NCBI RefSeq assembly: GCF_000143415.4
Contig: NW_003314344.1
Coordinates: forward strand, 380,336 to 444,335
Origin: Selaginella moellendorffii
Lineage: Eukaryota; Plantae; Lycopodiophyta
Reading direction: 5' to 3'
DNA: 64,000 nt
Of this stretch, positions 36,637-51,134 are shown in pieces. The stretch's first letter is position 1. Each line of letters begins with the position of its first letter. Under the pieces are notes generated by a model. The model was given only the letters and a program-made list of their open reading frames with translations, made no database searches and was not told the origin of the DNA. Position numbers and translations under genes: made by a program.

Positions 36637-38213
36637 ATGACTATGGATCTTCTCCCATTTAGTTTGAGCGCCTTCATGCTGCTTGTTTTAACTTCCATCC
36701 CTCTCTGGTTTCTTCTTGCTTCTTTAACTAGAAGAAGAAATCTTGGAAAACTCCCTCCAGGACCATTCAATTTGCCAGTCATTGGCTGTCTTCACATGCT
36801 TGGCTCGCTCCCTCACATCTCACTCCACAAGCTCTCCCAAAAATATGGCGATGTGATGTACTTGAAGCTTGGGACGAGGTCCACCGTTATCATCAGCTCT
36901 GGGAGAGCTGCCAGAGAGATTGTCAAGCTCCATAACCTCAAGTTTGCGTCTAAAGTCCCATTGATCTCTGGCAAATACTTTGGGAACGATTACAGTGGTA
37001 TAGCTTTCAGCCAATACACTCCAGAAGTGAAGTTCTATAGGAAAATTATCAACACTCACTTGCTCTCCCCGACCAAGCTCAAGATTTACGATGGAATCCG
37101 TCACGAGGAGCAGCGCCGTCTCGCTCGATCTCTCAGTGACGAGCGAGGAAATCCGGTCCTCCTGCGGCAAAAGCTCCACAATATGAACATGAACGTGATA
37201 ACTTACATGCTGTTTGGGAAGCGCTTCTGTGGACACTACAACAACACTGTGAATGTTGACGGGTTTGTGCAAGTGATAGTGGACATTTTGAGGCTGGCTG
37301 GGGTTTTCAACGTGAGCGATTATATCCCGGGAATTCGCTGGCTGGACGTTCAAGGTTTGGAGAAGCAGTACAAGCACCTTATGGACAGGGTAAACAGGCA
37401 CCTCCTTTCAATCTTGCAAGACCGGCGAGTGAATCCTCCGGTTTTCACCAGCGAGGAGCCCATAGCTTTCATTGACGTGCTCATTTCCATGGAAGAAAAG
37501 CTCTCAGACATCACCATAATCTCACTCTTGCTTGTAAGTTTTTTATAACCGTTGGTTTCTTAGCTTAACATTGGAAAAATGGAATCTCACAGGATCTGTT
37601 GCTGGGTGCGGTCGATACTTCGGCTCTTCTGCTAGAATGGGCAATGGCGGAGCTGTTCCGGCATCCAGTAGAGCTATCAAGAGCTCAGATTCAGATAGAC
37701 GCGGTAGTCGGCAAAGAAAAACTTGTGGACGAGTCGGACATCTTAAAGCTTCCATACATTGACGCTATAGTCAAGGAAACAATGAGGCTCCGCTCGGTGG
37801 CTCCGCTATCTCTTCCCAAACAAGTCCAGGGAGGCCCCATTAAGCTCAGCGGCTACACCATCCCGAACGGTACCACGATTTACATCAACAGCTACTCGAT
37901 TGGCATCGACGAGAGGTTTTGGAAAGACCCTCTAGAGTTTCAGCCACAACGTTTCTTCGACTTGCCAGACGTCGATGTTTTTGGCCATAACTTTAACTTT
38001 CTTCCGTTTGGAACAGGGAGGAGAGTGTGTCCCGGTGCTAAACTTGGATTTGATGCTGTCCAGATTGGTCTTGCGACGCTCGTCCAAGGATTCGACTGGA
38101 AGCTGGATGCTCCGGGGAATATGAACATGGATCAAACCTTTGGACTGGTTTGTCACAAGAGTCAACCTCTCGTGGCTATCCCAGTCCCAAGGCTGGACTC
38201 TCATATTTACTAA
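36637..38213 (+). CDS. Cytochrome P450, CYP71 clan (2 exons, intron 37534-37592)
   Basis: N-terminal TM segment, LPPGP hinge, I-helix GAVDTS, KETMR, PQRF and heme motif PFGTGRRVCPG. Confidence 0.93.
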
Positions 38214-39378
38214 ATTGGTCGACACTAGCTGGTCTAGGAAATATCGTGTCTTTACTTTTCCAAACGTCACAGTTTGAAAGAAAGATGAAAAGGCTGGTAC
38301 CTCTCACACAAATAACATGATCTCGTCTTGAATGTATGCTTTACTACTGTCACGAATGCTCCCAAGAGCGCTTAAAGAGGAAGTCCCTCACATTTTTTAT
38401 CTTAGAGATCATGTCCTATTTATTTGACAATTGGCATTTAGAATTTAGTTATATCTAGAATATATTTAAATATTCTAGCATCATGTTTATAAGTATGTTC
38501 TCTATTATGTTCATTCAATAAATTATATAAGATTAAGATGAACAAATAAATGCAAAATATAATTTTAGAATATTGAACATGTGAGTGCTTGGAATATGGA
38601 AAGGGAATTTAGAAAATATGCATATCAATTAACCCAAAAACCTTAGCTTATATACATAAGTGAGTGGTTTGGATTGAAACCAATCTAACGGTTATCAAAA
38701 TCCCACTATGCTAATATTAATATACAGCATCGTAACTGTATACTTAGACCTCACATCATCCCTCTTCTCAGAATAATGGAAGACCATCAGAGTTCTTTTG
38801 TATATGGGCTGGAATCTGGAGGAACGTTAGGAGGAGGCATTGGCAGATTTGTAGGTGGTCTAAGTTGTTTCTGATCCCTTTGCATGAAGTGTTTCAACCA
38901 TTGCACATGCATAATTTCTGGGAGATTGGCTTGCTAGACATCATGCTGAACGTCATAAACTTACAGTCCAACTTGCCACAACACCTAATACAATCCTTTC
39001 CACTAAGCAAGGAGCCCCTTAGAAAAACTACGTATCGTAAGATGGGGAAAACAGACTAACACTAAATTATCCACTTTATACTCCACAGATGAACGATGAT
39101 AGGAGTTGTAGCACCATTGTTATCCCTCTTGTACGGCCTAAGTGTTCGGCAGACTTTTCTTGGACAAGTGGAAGAATGATCGTCAAATACTGATCCTACG
39201 ACCTAGCATTGGCAACTCGTGGCAATCACGAAGGTAAACTCAGTTTTGTTGGTAATATTGGATCATGACCATATAGAAGTTTATATGGTGAAGCACCAAT
39301 ATAACTCTACACCTCTGTAACATATGCATACCAAAAAGACGACAAATAACCATCCCAATCCGAATGTTGAAAGTTCAC

Positions 39379-42300
39379 TGTCAGGAATCCCCCAATTCAT
39401 ACCACATTCTTGAATCTCGCTGGATTCCTGACCTGCAGACCACATTCCTGATTCTCGAGACACTTCCCTATTCCTGATTCTCTGATTTCCTGTACGATTC
39501 CTGAGTCTTGAGCCACATTCCTGATAATGATGTGGCACCTCCTTGACCTCAGCTATATTTAAGCTGTCCTTGATCCAAGAGTGGTGGAGCTTCATCAACC
39601 TATAGTATATATAGGTTAGCCTTGTTCCATCTCTCCACAATCTGAATCAACACCAATCTAGGCCTCTTCTTTGTTTCCACTAGCTTTTCCCTTTGTCTTT
39701 TGCATTCTCCGGTCTTGATCTTGTTGGGGGTTTTGATAGTTTGATTCAAATTGTGTTTTTTCATTTTTTTTTCCTTTAGCTCATTTTGATTGTTTGACTG
39801 CCTTTGCCTTTTTTTCCCCCTTTTTCTTTCTTTCTGCCGATGGAGTCTCCAAGCCATCCTGATTTCTTTGCCGAAGTCCTTGCAAAAATCCAGTCTGAGA
39901 ATACTGAGCTGAAGGTGACCCTTCTTCGCATGTAGCAGGAGCTTGCTTCACTTTCGGCTCAAGGATCCAACAAAGTTCCTGAACTGAAGGTGAGTTTCCC
40001 GGCGAAATTTTCAAGCAAGCGTTCGGAGCTTCGCGGATTTCTGAACCAGATGGAGCTGATCTTCGCGGATTCCTGAACCAGATGGAGCTGATCTTTGCAC
40101 TTCAACATTGGCGGTACCCCACTCATGAGTCTCAAATCGGCGTGATTGGGACGTTGCTCAAAGGTGCAGCTTTGTCATGGTTTTCTCCTCTTCTGGAGAA
40201 GAGCATGAAAGGGGTCATGGTTCCGAAGCTGATGGATTTTCAATTGTTCAAAGAGAAGCTCGAAGCATGTTTTGGTGAGACGGATCGGGTTCGGGCTGCT
40301 ACCACAAAGATGAGACGTCTCTCTTAGGGGTCTCGTTCTGCCTTGATCTACGTTGCAGAATTCCAACTACTTGCCTTGGACACTCAGTGGGATGAGCAAG
40401 CTCTGATTGACCAATTTCGTTTCGGCCTCAACAATGGTGTCAAGGATTTGTTGCTCACCATGGAGGATCCCAAGGACCTGTCGGACGCCATCAACAAAGC
40501 TGTTCGATGTGATAATTGTCTCTTTGAGCGTCGTCAGGAAAGTCGCTGCGCCGCTGTTTTTCCGTCCCAGACTCAGGAATCCCAACTTGAGTCTTCAGGG
40601 CATACTCCTGAACCTACTGCTCTAGTCCCGATGGATATTTTTGGTACTCCCAGACTCATCAAAGGGAAGTTGAGTCCTGCTGAGAAGCAACGTCGAATAT
40701 CTCATAATTTTTGCCTCTACTGTGTTGATTCTAATCACAAAGCAGCTATGTGTCCCAAGAAGCCTCCCCGACTACTCGAGTTCACTCTGCCTCAAAATCC
40801 ACCTTTGTTGCAGTCGGGAAACAACCCTATCCAAACAAAGTAGGAGCTGTCTGTTTGGACTCCCCGAATTAAAATCATTTTTCTTCTTTATCAAGCTCCT
40901 CACCACCTTTCATCAAAGCCACCACCAATTCCCGCAACTTCTGCATCCCATGTCTCCTTTCTTTCACCGGACAATCAGGACTCAAGGCTTTGGCGCTTGC
41001 AACTTCCTGCTTCATGGACACAGACTTTGCTGCCCGACATCACATTCTTCTTTCTTCTACCATACGGGATCTGAGGGTTGAAGGCATCGGCGGGCATTTT
41101 GTGTCTCCATCTTCTGGACTTAGGGAAACGTTGCCCGTTCAAGTACACATCGGGTCCACCGTCACTGATATCACCTTCAACATCATCAACAGCAAGTCCT
41201 CCTCTGTGGTGCTCGGTCTTCCTTGGTTCCAACTACATTAGCCTCAGATCTGTTGGAAGGAATTACAGCTCATCTCTCCCACATCACCATCTCCCACGGC
41301 TTCCCCTGCTGTTCATCGAGTCCGAATTAGGAAAAGTTCCCTAAACTCAAATTGGGATTTTGTTCTTGACTCTACGAAGGTTTCACCCTTTTCTTTTTCC
41401 TCTCCTCCATCTTACATTGGACCGTATCCTGGTCTCATCATTCCATTTAGTCGTATGCCTCCTCCTATCTTCATAATCACTATGAAAGAACTCCTTCATT
41501 GTGAACCTATTTTCCTTTTTGCTTTGCATGTTTCTCCTATTAGTCTTCCTGAGAAGTATCATGATTTTGGGGATGTGTTTGACAAGAAAAAAGCTAGTGT
41601 ACTGCCTATTCATCGGCCTTATGACTGTCCTATTGATTTACAGGAAGGAGCATCACCTCCGTGGGGGCCTATCTACGGGATATCCCCATCCGAGCTTAAG
41701 GCCCTCAAAGAGTACGTGGATGAGAACCTTGACTCCGGGTACATTCAGCATTCGCAATCCCCGGCTGGAGCTCCTGTCTTCTTTATCAAGAAGAAGGATG
41801 GGAGTTTGCGGCTAGTCATCGACTACTGAGGTCTGAACAAGGTGACTGTTCGGAACCGTTATCCACTGCCCCTAATCTCGGACCTGTTGGAATGCCTTGG
41901 CGGTGCCTGCTTCTTCACCAAGATCGACCTCTGTGGAGCAGACAACCTGATCTGGATCCGGCCTAGTGATGAATGGAAGACTACGTTTCGAACCCGCTAT
42001 GGCCACTTCGAGTACACTATCATGCCATTTGGCTTGACAAATGCTCCAGCAGTTTTCCAACACATGGCAAACGACGTCTTTCAGGAGTTTCTTGATCAGA
42101 TGGTGATCGTCTACCTCGATGACATCCTCATCTACTCATAAACTCAAGAGGAGCACGACGAACATGTACGCAAGGTGCTGGCGAAGCTGCGAGAACATGG
42201 CCTATATGCGAAGCTTGAGAAATGTTCCTTCGATCAACAGTCTGTGGAGTTCCTTGGGTACATTGTCACTCCTGAGGGTATCACAATGGATCCTACCAAA

Positions 42301-44973
42301 GTCAAGACTATTCTCGAATGGGAGCCTCCACAATCAATGTCGGACATTCAGGTTTTCCTTGGCTTCACCAACTTTTATCGCAAATTCATTGATCACTACT
42401 CTGACATTGTCCTTCCTCTCACGCATCTCACTCGCAAGGATGTTCCCTTCTCTTGGTCTGCTACTGCCCAGCAGGCCTTCGACACACTTAAGGCAGCCTT
42501 CAGTTTTGCTCCCGTCTTGATCCGTGTTGATCCCTCACAACCTTTCTTCATCGAGGCTGACGCCTCCGACTTCGCCATCGGTGCTGTGCTGTCTCAACTT
42601 GGAGTGGATCATGAACTTCATCCGATCGCTTTCCATTTTCGGAAATTCCAGCCTATGGAGATCAATTACGAAATCCACGACAAAGAGCTCCTTGCCATCG
42701 TGGATTCCTTTGGAGAGTGGCGCCGTTTCTTGGAGGGGGCGGGCCATCAAACAACAGTCTAAACAGATCACAAAAATCTCAAGTACTTTGCCACTTCCCG
42801 AGTTTTGAGCCGTCGTCAAGCAAGGTGGGCACAATTCCAAAGTCGGTTTGACTTTGTTATCATGTATAGACCTGGAAAGCTTCAAGGCCTTCCTGATGCT
42901 CTTTCAAGGCGCTCCTATCTTAGTCTCAAGCCTGGTATTCCTGCTTTTGATCAACAGAATCAAGTTATCCTTGGTCCTGACTGGCTTCAAGTTATGGCAA
43001 TTTCCCTGGCCCCTCAGGACTCCTCCTTGATGGATGTGATTAGAAACAATCTTCAATCCAATGACCTCACCAGTGACATTTTCCCCCATTTTCAAGCTGG
43101 ACACCCAATGACTCCCGATTGTCGATGATTTGACGAGTTCGAGTTCTTAGATAGCTTGTTGTACCGTGGGGAGCAGCTTTACGTTTCTGAAGGTGATGCT
43201 CGAAGGTTGGTCCTAATGGTGTGCCACGATAGCCCGACTGCTGGTCACTTCGGCATCGCAAAGACCTATGAGCTGGTTGCACGGGACTTTTGGTGGCCTC
43301 ACCTAGACGACTACATCAAAACTTTTGTTACCCCTTGTGACAGTTGCACCCGAAATAAGGTACCTCGCCACCTTCCTTCAGGATTGCTTCGTTCCCTCCC
43401 GGTCCCTTCAGGTCCTTGGGAATCCATCTCCATGGATTTCTTGAGTGATCTTTCGAGTTCTGAAGGCTTCAATAGCATTTTAATTATGGTGGATCGCTTC
43501 ACAAAGATGGCACACTTCTTGCCGTGTACCAAGGAGTTTTTGGGCGAGGACATGGCAAAACTGGTATTCAGGGAAATTTTCCGACTTCATGGGATTTCTG
43601 CAGATGTGGTTTCGGATCGGGGACCTCAATTCATCTCTCATTTTTGGCAACGGTTTTTGCAACTGCTTGGAGTGAAGGCCAACCTTTCTTCAGCGTATCA
43701 TCCTCAAACTGATGGACAGTCCGAGCGAACGATTTAGACGTTAGAACAATTCCTAAGGTGCTTCATCAACTATCATCAGGATGACTGGTTCGATATCCTT
43801 CCCCTTGCTGAGTTCTCCTATAAGAACTCTATTCACTCCTCTCTTCGAGTTTCCCCCTTCTTTGCGAACTCTGGCCGAAATCCCCGATTCAATCTCTCAC
43901 TTCCTTCTCCATCTGAATCCTCTCATTCAAATCCCCGCTCTGAGACATTTGTCTCCAACCTCCAGGAAATCCACAACTCCATCTCCTTCCACCTCCATCG
44001 TGCTCAGGAATCTCATAAAACATTTGCCAATGCCCATTGTCAAGATTGTCCCCCTTACAATATTGGGGATAAAGTCTGGCTCCTCAGGCGAAATATCTCC
44101 ACCACCAGGCCATGTCCCAAACTCAATTTCAAAAGCCTCGATCCTTTCCTTATCATTGCTATTATTAATCCTATTACTTATCACCTTGCACTTCCCTCCT
44201 CCTATCAAATTCACCCGTTTTTCACTCCTCTCTCCTTGAGCCTTATATTCCCAGTCCTATTCCAAATCGGGTCATTCCTCCACCTCCACTAGTGTAGCTC
44301 AAGGATGGGTTTGAGTATGAGGTTTAGGACATCCTTGATTCCAAGATCTCACAATCTAAATTCTACTATCTGGTGGATTGGAAGGTTTATGGACCCGAAG
44401 AACGCACTTGGGAACCTATGGACAACCTGATTCATTCTCTTGACCTTGTTTAGGACTTCCACTGCCGTTATCCTTCTCGTCCCAGTCCTCAGTCTTTTTC
44501 TCCATCTCCCGTCCCTTGCTGCCCATCTCATCCTCCACTTCGTTCTCATTCACGTCCTCGTTCCACTCGTTCTTGAGGAGGGGGTGTTGTCAGCAATCCC
44601 CCAATTCATACCACATTCTTGAATCTCGCTGGATTCCTGACCTACAGACCACATTCCTGTTTCTCGAGACACTTCCCTATTCCTGACTCTCGAGACTTTT
44701 CCCTATTCCTGACTCTCTAATTTCTTGTACGATTCCTGAGTTTTGAGCCACATTCCTGATGATGATGTGGCACCTCCTTGACCTTAGCTATATTTAGGCC
44801 GTCCTCAATCCAAGAGTGGTGGAGCTTCATCAACCTATAGTATATATAGGTTAGCCTTGTTCCATTTCTCCACAATGTGAATCAACATTAATCTAGGCCT
44901 CTTCTTTGTTTTCACTAGCTTTTCTCTTTGTCTTTTGCATTCTCCGGTCTTGATCTTGTTGGGGGTCTTGACA
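39379..44973 (+). mobile_element. Full-length chromoviral Ty3/gypsy element (Tcn1/Tf1-like), inactivated by stops
   Basis: LTRs 39379-39738 and 44588-44973, TSD TTCAC, PPT GAGGAGGGGG. Gag has CLYC..H....C, RT has YLDDILI, RNase H has EADASDFAIG, integrase has HDSPTAGH/CDSC/SDRGPQF/YHPQTDGQSER, and a chromodomain YLVDWKVYGPEERTWEP lies at ~44310-44430. Confidence 0.95.
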
Positions 44974-46096
44974 TTCACATACTTTGTGATCATTCCTTTG
45001 AATGTTCAAACGAGCCGTTCCACCAAACCATCTGATTGTGAATGATAAACACTCATGAAAGTGTGGCATATCCCCAACTGAGACATCAAAACATGAAATG
45101 CCTCAACCATAAATGCAAGACCATTATTCCAAAGAATCCACTCTGGATAAGAATGCTTGAACACCACTCGATTGAGGAGGAAATATCTAATAGCAATTGC
45201 AAAGGCATTAACAAAAGCACCAACTTCCACCGAATAAGTCAAATAGTCAAAAGCAATAATAACATACTCATTGCCAACAGTCGATCGTGGAAAAGGTCCT
45301 ATAAAATCAAACGCCACTAACTCAAATAGACGGGAAATTGCAATTAACTCTAACCATCCTTCGCAGCATAAGGGGGAGTATTATAAGCTTAGCACCAAAT
45401 GTAGCTACACACATATTGGATAATATCACGTCGCATCTTCGGCAATAAAATGACCTATGTAGATTCTCAGTCACATGATGATGTCCCATATGCCTGCTTA
45501 GAATAGGAGAATCATGGTAGGCATGGAGAAACTGAGGAATAAAGACAAAAGGCACCACTAGCCATAAAGGATCATTAGGATTCAACCCCACAAAATAAAG
45601 AAAGCCGTCTTCAAGGCGATACGGAGAATATAAATGCCGGAATGGCAAGTCATCAGTAAGTGATGCAAGATTCTCAAACCCATTTCGAAGCCTTCGAATC
45701 CATGGCTTAAGCTTTTGAGCCTTGCGAACCTCATCAAGAGAAGGTAGATCTTGCTTTACATCTTATGGACACTAAACGTCAAGTATAGCAATTGCCGATA
45801 GCACAGAATCCTCACCTAGAAAATTCACAAATGCCGGAACAACAAGCTCATCAGAAACATAAAAAGAGAATGGAGAAGAAAGAGGATCTTGAAAAAAGGC
45901 ATCAGTATCAACCATATAACTCCTTGGGCGATGAACAACATCAAAATCATATATTTGAAGCTTCAAAGCCCACTGAGCAGTACGACCAACCAGGTTCTTT
46001 CGCTTTAATAATGAAGTAATGGCAGCATGATCACTTTCAAGTAGCATTTGAGAACCTTGTAGATATGCATGAAGTTTCTCGAAACCCTAAATTGCT

Positions 46097-46771
46097 TGTA
46101 ACGCACCTTATCTCTTTCCCCTTAAGCCAACTGGAAAAGGGGCAATTGCTTAATGAGAGAGCCTTTAGTGGTTATTTTATCCCCATTTATCCCCCAAAGT
46201 TCCAAGGATCCATGGTGACAGTATATCCAAATCTCATCCCATGATCACATGTGCTACACTCACCCCCCCCTTTAGAGATGTTAATATCCTCATTGACTAT
46301 TGATTAACAGCCCCTACTGAGCCAAGGGGAACCAACACCTCCATTTCTGCACTCAATCTACCAATCCTTCCATTGTGTAGAGTAGCTATTCCATGTGAGA
46401 CAACTAGTTATTCACCCGTACCGCAGTCCCATGGTGGATACCTTCGTCTGTGGATACTCCACACAAGAGGAAGGACGTACGTATGGATGCCCAATACGTA
46501 CGATTTCAAATTTAGGGGTAGGAATATACCTTGCTCAAGGGTATATTATACTTTTAAGTAGCCACTAATCAATGGGAATCAAACCCGTGCCATTTGCTCC
46601 GATACCAACTATAGCACACCTTATCTCTCTCCCCTTAAGCCAACTAGAAAAGGGGCAATTGCTTAATGAGAGAGCCCTTAATGGCTATTTTATCCCCATT
46701 TATCCCTGAAGGTTCCAAGGATCCACGGTGACAGTATATCTAAATCTCATCCCATAATCACATGCGCTACA
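46097..46771 (-). mobile_element. TRIM (terminal-repeat retrotransposon in miniature), 675 bp
   Basis: ~160-bp LTRs (46097-46258, 46611-46771), tRNA-Met PBS TGGTATCGGAGCA on the minus strand, G-rich PPT, TSD TTGCT/CTGCT and a non-coding interior. Confidence 0.92.
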
Positions 46772-49700
46772 CTGCTGCTAAACACTCATTCTCTTTCATG
46801 GAGTAGTTCATCTCCATTGGTTGTAATATACAGTTTATATACATAATGGGATAGCGCTGACCAGGCACACTTGGGCTCTCTTGCATCAACACACCTCCAA
46901 GATTAATATCAGAAGCATCCACACACAAAATAAAAGGTTGAGTGTAGTCAGGATATGCCAAAACTAGAGGAGCCGTCAACAACTCTTTGAGATCCACAAA
47001 TGCTTACTCACAATCCGGAGACCAGATGAAAGATGACATTAATGACTTCAACAATGCTCACAACGGTGCAGTGTGATCAGAAAGATGATCCACAAAATGA
47101 CCGAGATACTGCACCTTGCTCAGGAAGTGCTACACATCATTCACACACTTCAAAGTAGGGAACTTTAAAACAGCCATAAGTTTGTCATGATCAACTTGCA
47201 AACCCTCATGAGAAATACGGTACCTAAGATAAGTTGTGTTCTTGGACCGAAATACACACTTTGACCACTTCAGCTTTAAATTAATGTCCCGTAACCGATC
47301 CAACACTTTACAAACATCACGAACGTGCTCCTCCTATGTCCCCTCTGAGTGGATCAAGACATCATCAATGAAATCAATAGTTACCTCCAACATATCACAA
47401 AAAACCTCATCCATCATCCACTGGAAAGTTCCTAAAATATTATTCAAGCAAAACGGCATCACCAAGAACTCATACAAACCAAATGGTGTACGAAAAGCAA
47501 TCTTAGAAATATCTTCTTCAGCCATCAGTACTTGCCAGTACCTAGAAGCAAGATCTAGCTTGGTGAACCAATGACTTTGCCCGAGATGATCCAAGAGATC
47601 AGCAATGTGAGGAAGAGGGTACACATCCAAGATCATCACTTTATTTAACAGATGATAGTCGATGTAGAAATGAATACTCCCATCAGGCTTCATCACAAGA
47701 TGAAGTTCACATGCCTATAAACTCCACAACTTCCAAATAACACCCTTCTCCAACATCTCTTTTATGTTTGTATATAAAATCTTGATCTCTTTGGGTGACT
47801 GATGACAAACATGAACCTTGATTGGACGAACATCCCCGGTTAGAATTGAATGAGATGTGGCAATCTTGGCCCTAGACGATATGTCAAATTCAAAGAGATC
47901 AGAATACTCCTTCATGAGCCAGTCAACTGCTGCAACACAAAAATTGTCAAAGGGATTAAAAAAAGGAAGAGCAAAACAAGACGGAAACATAGGAGGAAGG
48001 AGTGGGGGGACAAAAGTAATGGAAGCAGAGGTAGAAGCAGAGGGACAAAGAGGTACTGAAGCAAGAGGAATTAATGAAATATAAGGAAGTATGAAACAAG
48101 GGGGAAAAGCTTCAAAGTCATACTTGGCATGATTGCGTTGCAACTAATCCATACTAAGGATAAGGTTAAAAGCTTTACTCGGCACCACCCGCAATGACTG
48201 CAACCCAAGCTCAAGATCGCCCACACACACAACTAAGTTCACCTCATCCCGTGCATATGCATGTGTATGGCTATTGCTATAAAGAATGAAAACTAACTCC
48301 GCCACACGATGCAAATATAGACAACAACGTGTGGCAACAGATCGAGCAATAAAAAATAAACTCGAACCTGTATCAACTAACACGGAGAGAATAATAAAAG
48401 ACCTTTTGTTATAAAAATGAACTTGGAAAGTAAACATTGAATGAACTAGTGCCGGGAAACGAGGTATCGTGCAAGTAATAGAGGGACTTTACACGAATAA
48501 GTTAATAATCCCTCCATCTTTCTTTTGGGAGTTTCATCAAGAGGATGCATTTTGGTGTCCAGACCTTCCATTACAGCAACACCAACAGGACGTTGTTGAC
48601 ATCAAGGTCTCCACCTAGAAAATGGAGGTTGCCAATCCGGAAAACACCGACAACGCCGATAAGTATAACTAACTTTATCATATACCCAGCAGCAAACATC
48701 ATGGCCACAAGCACATCCTTGCCCTTGTCCTTGGACTTGAGTAGCAGTAGCATCAACCTTCATTGGAACAAGACCATCACCCACAGGAAGTGGAGTGAAA
48801 GGACGTGCAACGAGAAGTGGAAAAAGCGACGTCTCATAATGTTGTGCCAAGTGAAGAGCATCATCAAGGGTGGCTAGAGCAAGTGCATGCACAAGTCTGA
48901 CAAGATCTTGATGAAGTGCTGGCCACAACATTCCTAGCTTGATCCACTCCAACATATTTGGCTCCACACGAAACAAGAAGCTTCGGAAACGAATGCCAAA
49001 TTGCATTACCAACTTAGATAGCCTTTGACGAAAACGATGCAATTGCTGAGGAGCATTGTCGACGACCTTCTTTTCTTCCACTGGAGGAGCCGCAGCGCTC
49101 ATCGCAACCTCGTCTTTCTTCTCCTCCTGCACCTCCTCTAAAAGGCATCATCACAATCATTAGCATGTTCAAATGCGCTTTTGAAGATGTCTGGGAGAAC
49201 ACTTCAATCCCTACGAGTGGCTGCATTCAAACCATTGTACCACTATAGTGCCGTCCTTTGAAGACACATGGGAAACTCACACAAATGTCGAACATTATCC
49301 CAAAAATGATATATGGCAATCACCATGAAGTGATCAAACCAATGGTACACATCATCCCTAAGATTCCTATGAAATAACTTTGGCCAAATGCGAGGATTGG
49401 CACCAAGAGTAAGAGGAGCTACCACGTGCTGTGAATGCCGCCATCAACTAAGTTTGGTTGTTCAATTGCAATCATATGGCATCAAGCAATTGCACCAATT
49501 GCTACTCTAAAGTCAGAAGAAGAGACTACTGCTCTGCCATAAAAATGAATGAAAAAGATAGAGTAAAAAAAAGGAAATGAGAAAAAACTAGAAGAAAAGA
49601 GAGATCTAAACAATGGAAAAGCTAAATTTAAATCAAAATCCTGAAAGAAAAGAATAAAAGAAAGGAAATGGAAAAAACTAAATCTAAATGATGCAAAAGT

Positions 49701-49999
49701 TAAATCTAAACTAAAATCCCAAATCCAAACATTCCTCAAGGACCTTTCATTGCACCTTTTTGGTGAGTGTTTGGAATATAGAAAGGGAATATAGAAAATG
49801 TGCATATCAATTAACCCAAAGACCCTAGCTTATATATAGAAGCGAGTGGTCCGGATTAAAATTAATCTAACGGCTACCAAAATCTCACTATGCTAATATT
49901 AATATATGGCATCATAACTGTATATTTAGACCTCATGAACAGATTATAATAAAATAAATGAATAAACAAATAAATAGCAAAGTGTCACTTCAGAAATTG

Positions 50000-51062
50000 T
50001 GATAAGCTTGGTAAGTGATCATACCTCACTTCAATAGGCTAGTACCCTGACAACTTTAGTCTGGTAGTATTGTTGTTGTGCATCCCAACGAAAAATACCC
50101 ACTTGTTTGAGATCACTTTGCAGAGCATAATGGGCACTTTGATGCGTTCCCTAGTACCAGTAGCCCAAAAATTCCTCTTGTGGATCATGTATCCAAGGTA
50201 TTTGTAGGACTCCATCGTCCAATGCCTGGCCGTCATAGGTGAATGTGTCAGTCGCCTTGAGCTTTTTCAAAGGCCATCACTTCAGCACACAAGTTGAGGC
50301 AACTAGAAGGAGATCATCAACTTAGAGGAGGAGGTAGATGTATAATTCTGCCATCTGGATACCTGATAATTGCGTTCTCAAAGATACCTTTTAAATATGT
50401 GAGGAGTTGCTCAATGGCCGTGATAATTCCTGGTGGACTGTTGAGCGCTTGGAGTCGTTCAATGAGTTTTCGTTATGGGACAGTGTCGAAGGCCTTCTTG
50501 AAATCGTCAAAGCAGCAGAGAAGTCGGCTTCCGTCGTTGTCCGTGTAGTGTCAAAGTGTTATCAAGTGGTCTGTAATGGTGGCAGAAGGCTCCTTGTCCG
50601 AGAGCCCGCTTTGCATACTTTTCAAGCCACAAGCTGTCGTTAGGCGAGCGAAGATTTTGGAGAAGATCGAACTAATCAAGTTTTCTGGAAGCGTTGGATC
50701 TCCAGTCTTATAGGTTGGAACTAGCTGATTGATGGTCCATTCTCTGCATTGAAGATTGGGTGGAGTATCTTCGCCCTGTAGAAGTTCAGCATGCGCATCC
50801 GCTGCTCTACGTCGGTGCAGATGTCCAATGGCCTCAGTAATGTCCTCTGGGAAGCAAGGGCAATACTGTGACTCAGGGGAGTAGATTCCGGAGCCTGCTG
50901 TTGCGCAGGTATAACACCCAGACTTCAGTGTCATCTTGCAGCAAAGGCATCATAATCCAGGTATCGGAGCAGTATCATTTGGCGTGGATTACGCCTAGGA
51001 CGGGAACACCAGTCACCAGCTTCCTGAAGATACAGAATGCCTTCGCGAAGGTTGTTGCCTAA
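50000..51062 (-). mobile_element. Degenerate non-LTR (LINE) reverse-transcriptase fragment
   Basis: LVPTYKTGDPTLPEN..SSIFSKIFAR, DFKKAFDTVP and ESYKYLG motifs in broken frames. Confidence 0.75.
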
Positions 51063-51134
51063 CTTGGCGTAGATTGTCCACATGTTAAATAATGTGATAA
51101 AGAAAAGGTTGGACTAAACTTTAAACATTAAACA

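Larger units (their letters stand above)
38580..49936 (-). mobile_element. Degenerate Ty3/gypsy LTR retrotransposon (host of two nested insertions)
   Basis: ~175-bp LTRs at 38580-38755 and 49762-49936, TSD GAACA, PPT at 38756-38770. Fragments: protease VDTGSS (~48370), RT FIDDVLI (47334-47696), RNase H VDASD (46767-46997), integrase YHSQSDGLVER (45006-45317). Confidence 0.88.

Noticed and set aside
46097-46771. Cassandra (5S rRNA-bearing) TRIM
   Set aside because: I see no 5S rRNA similarity in the LTRs.
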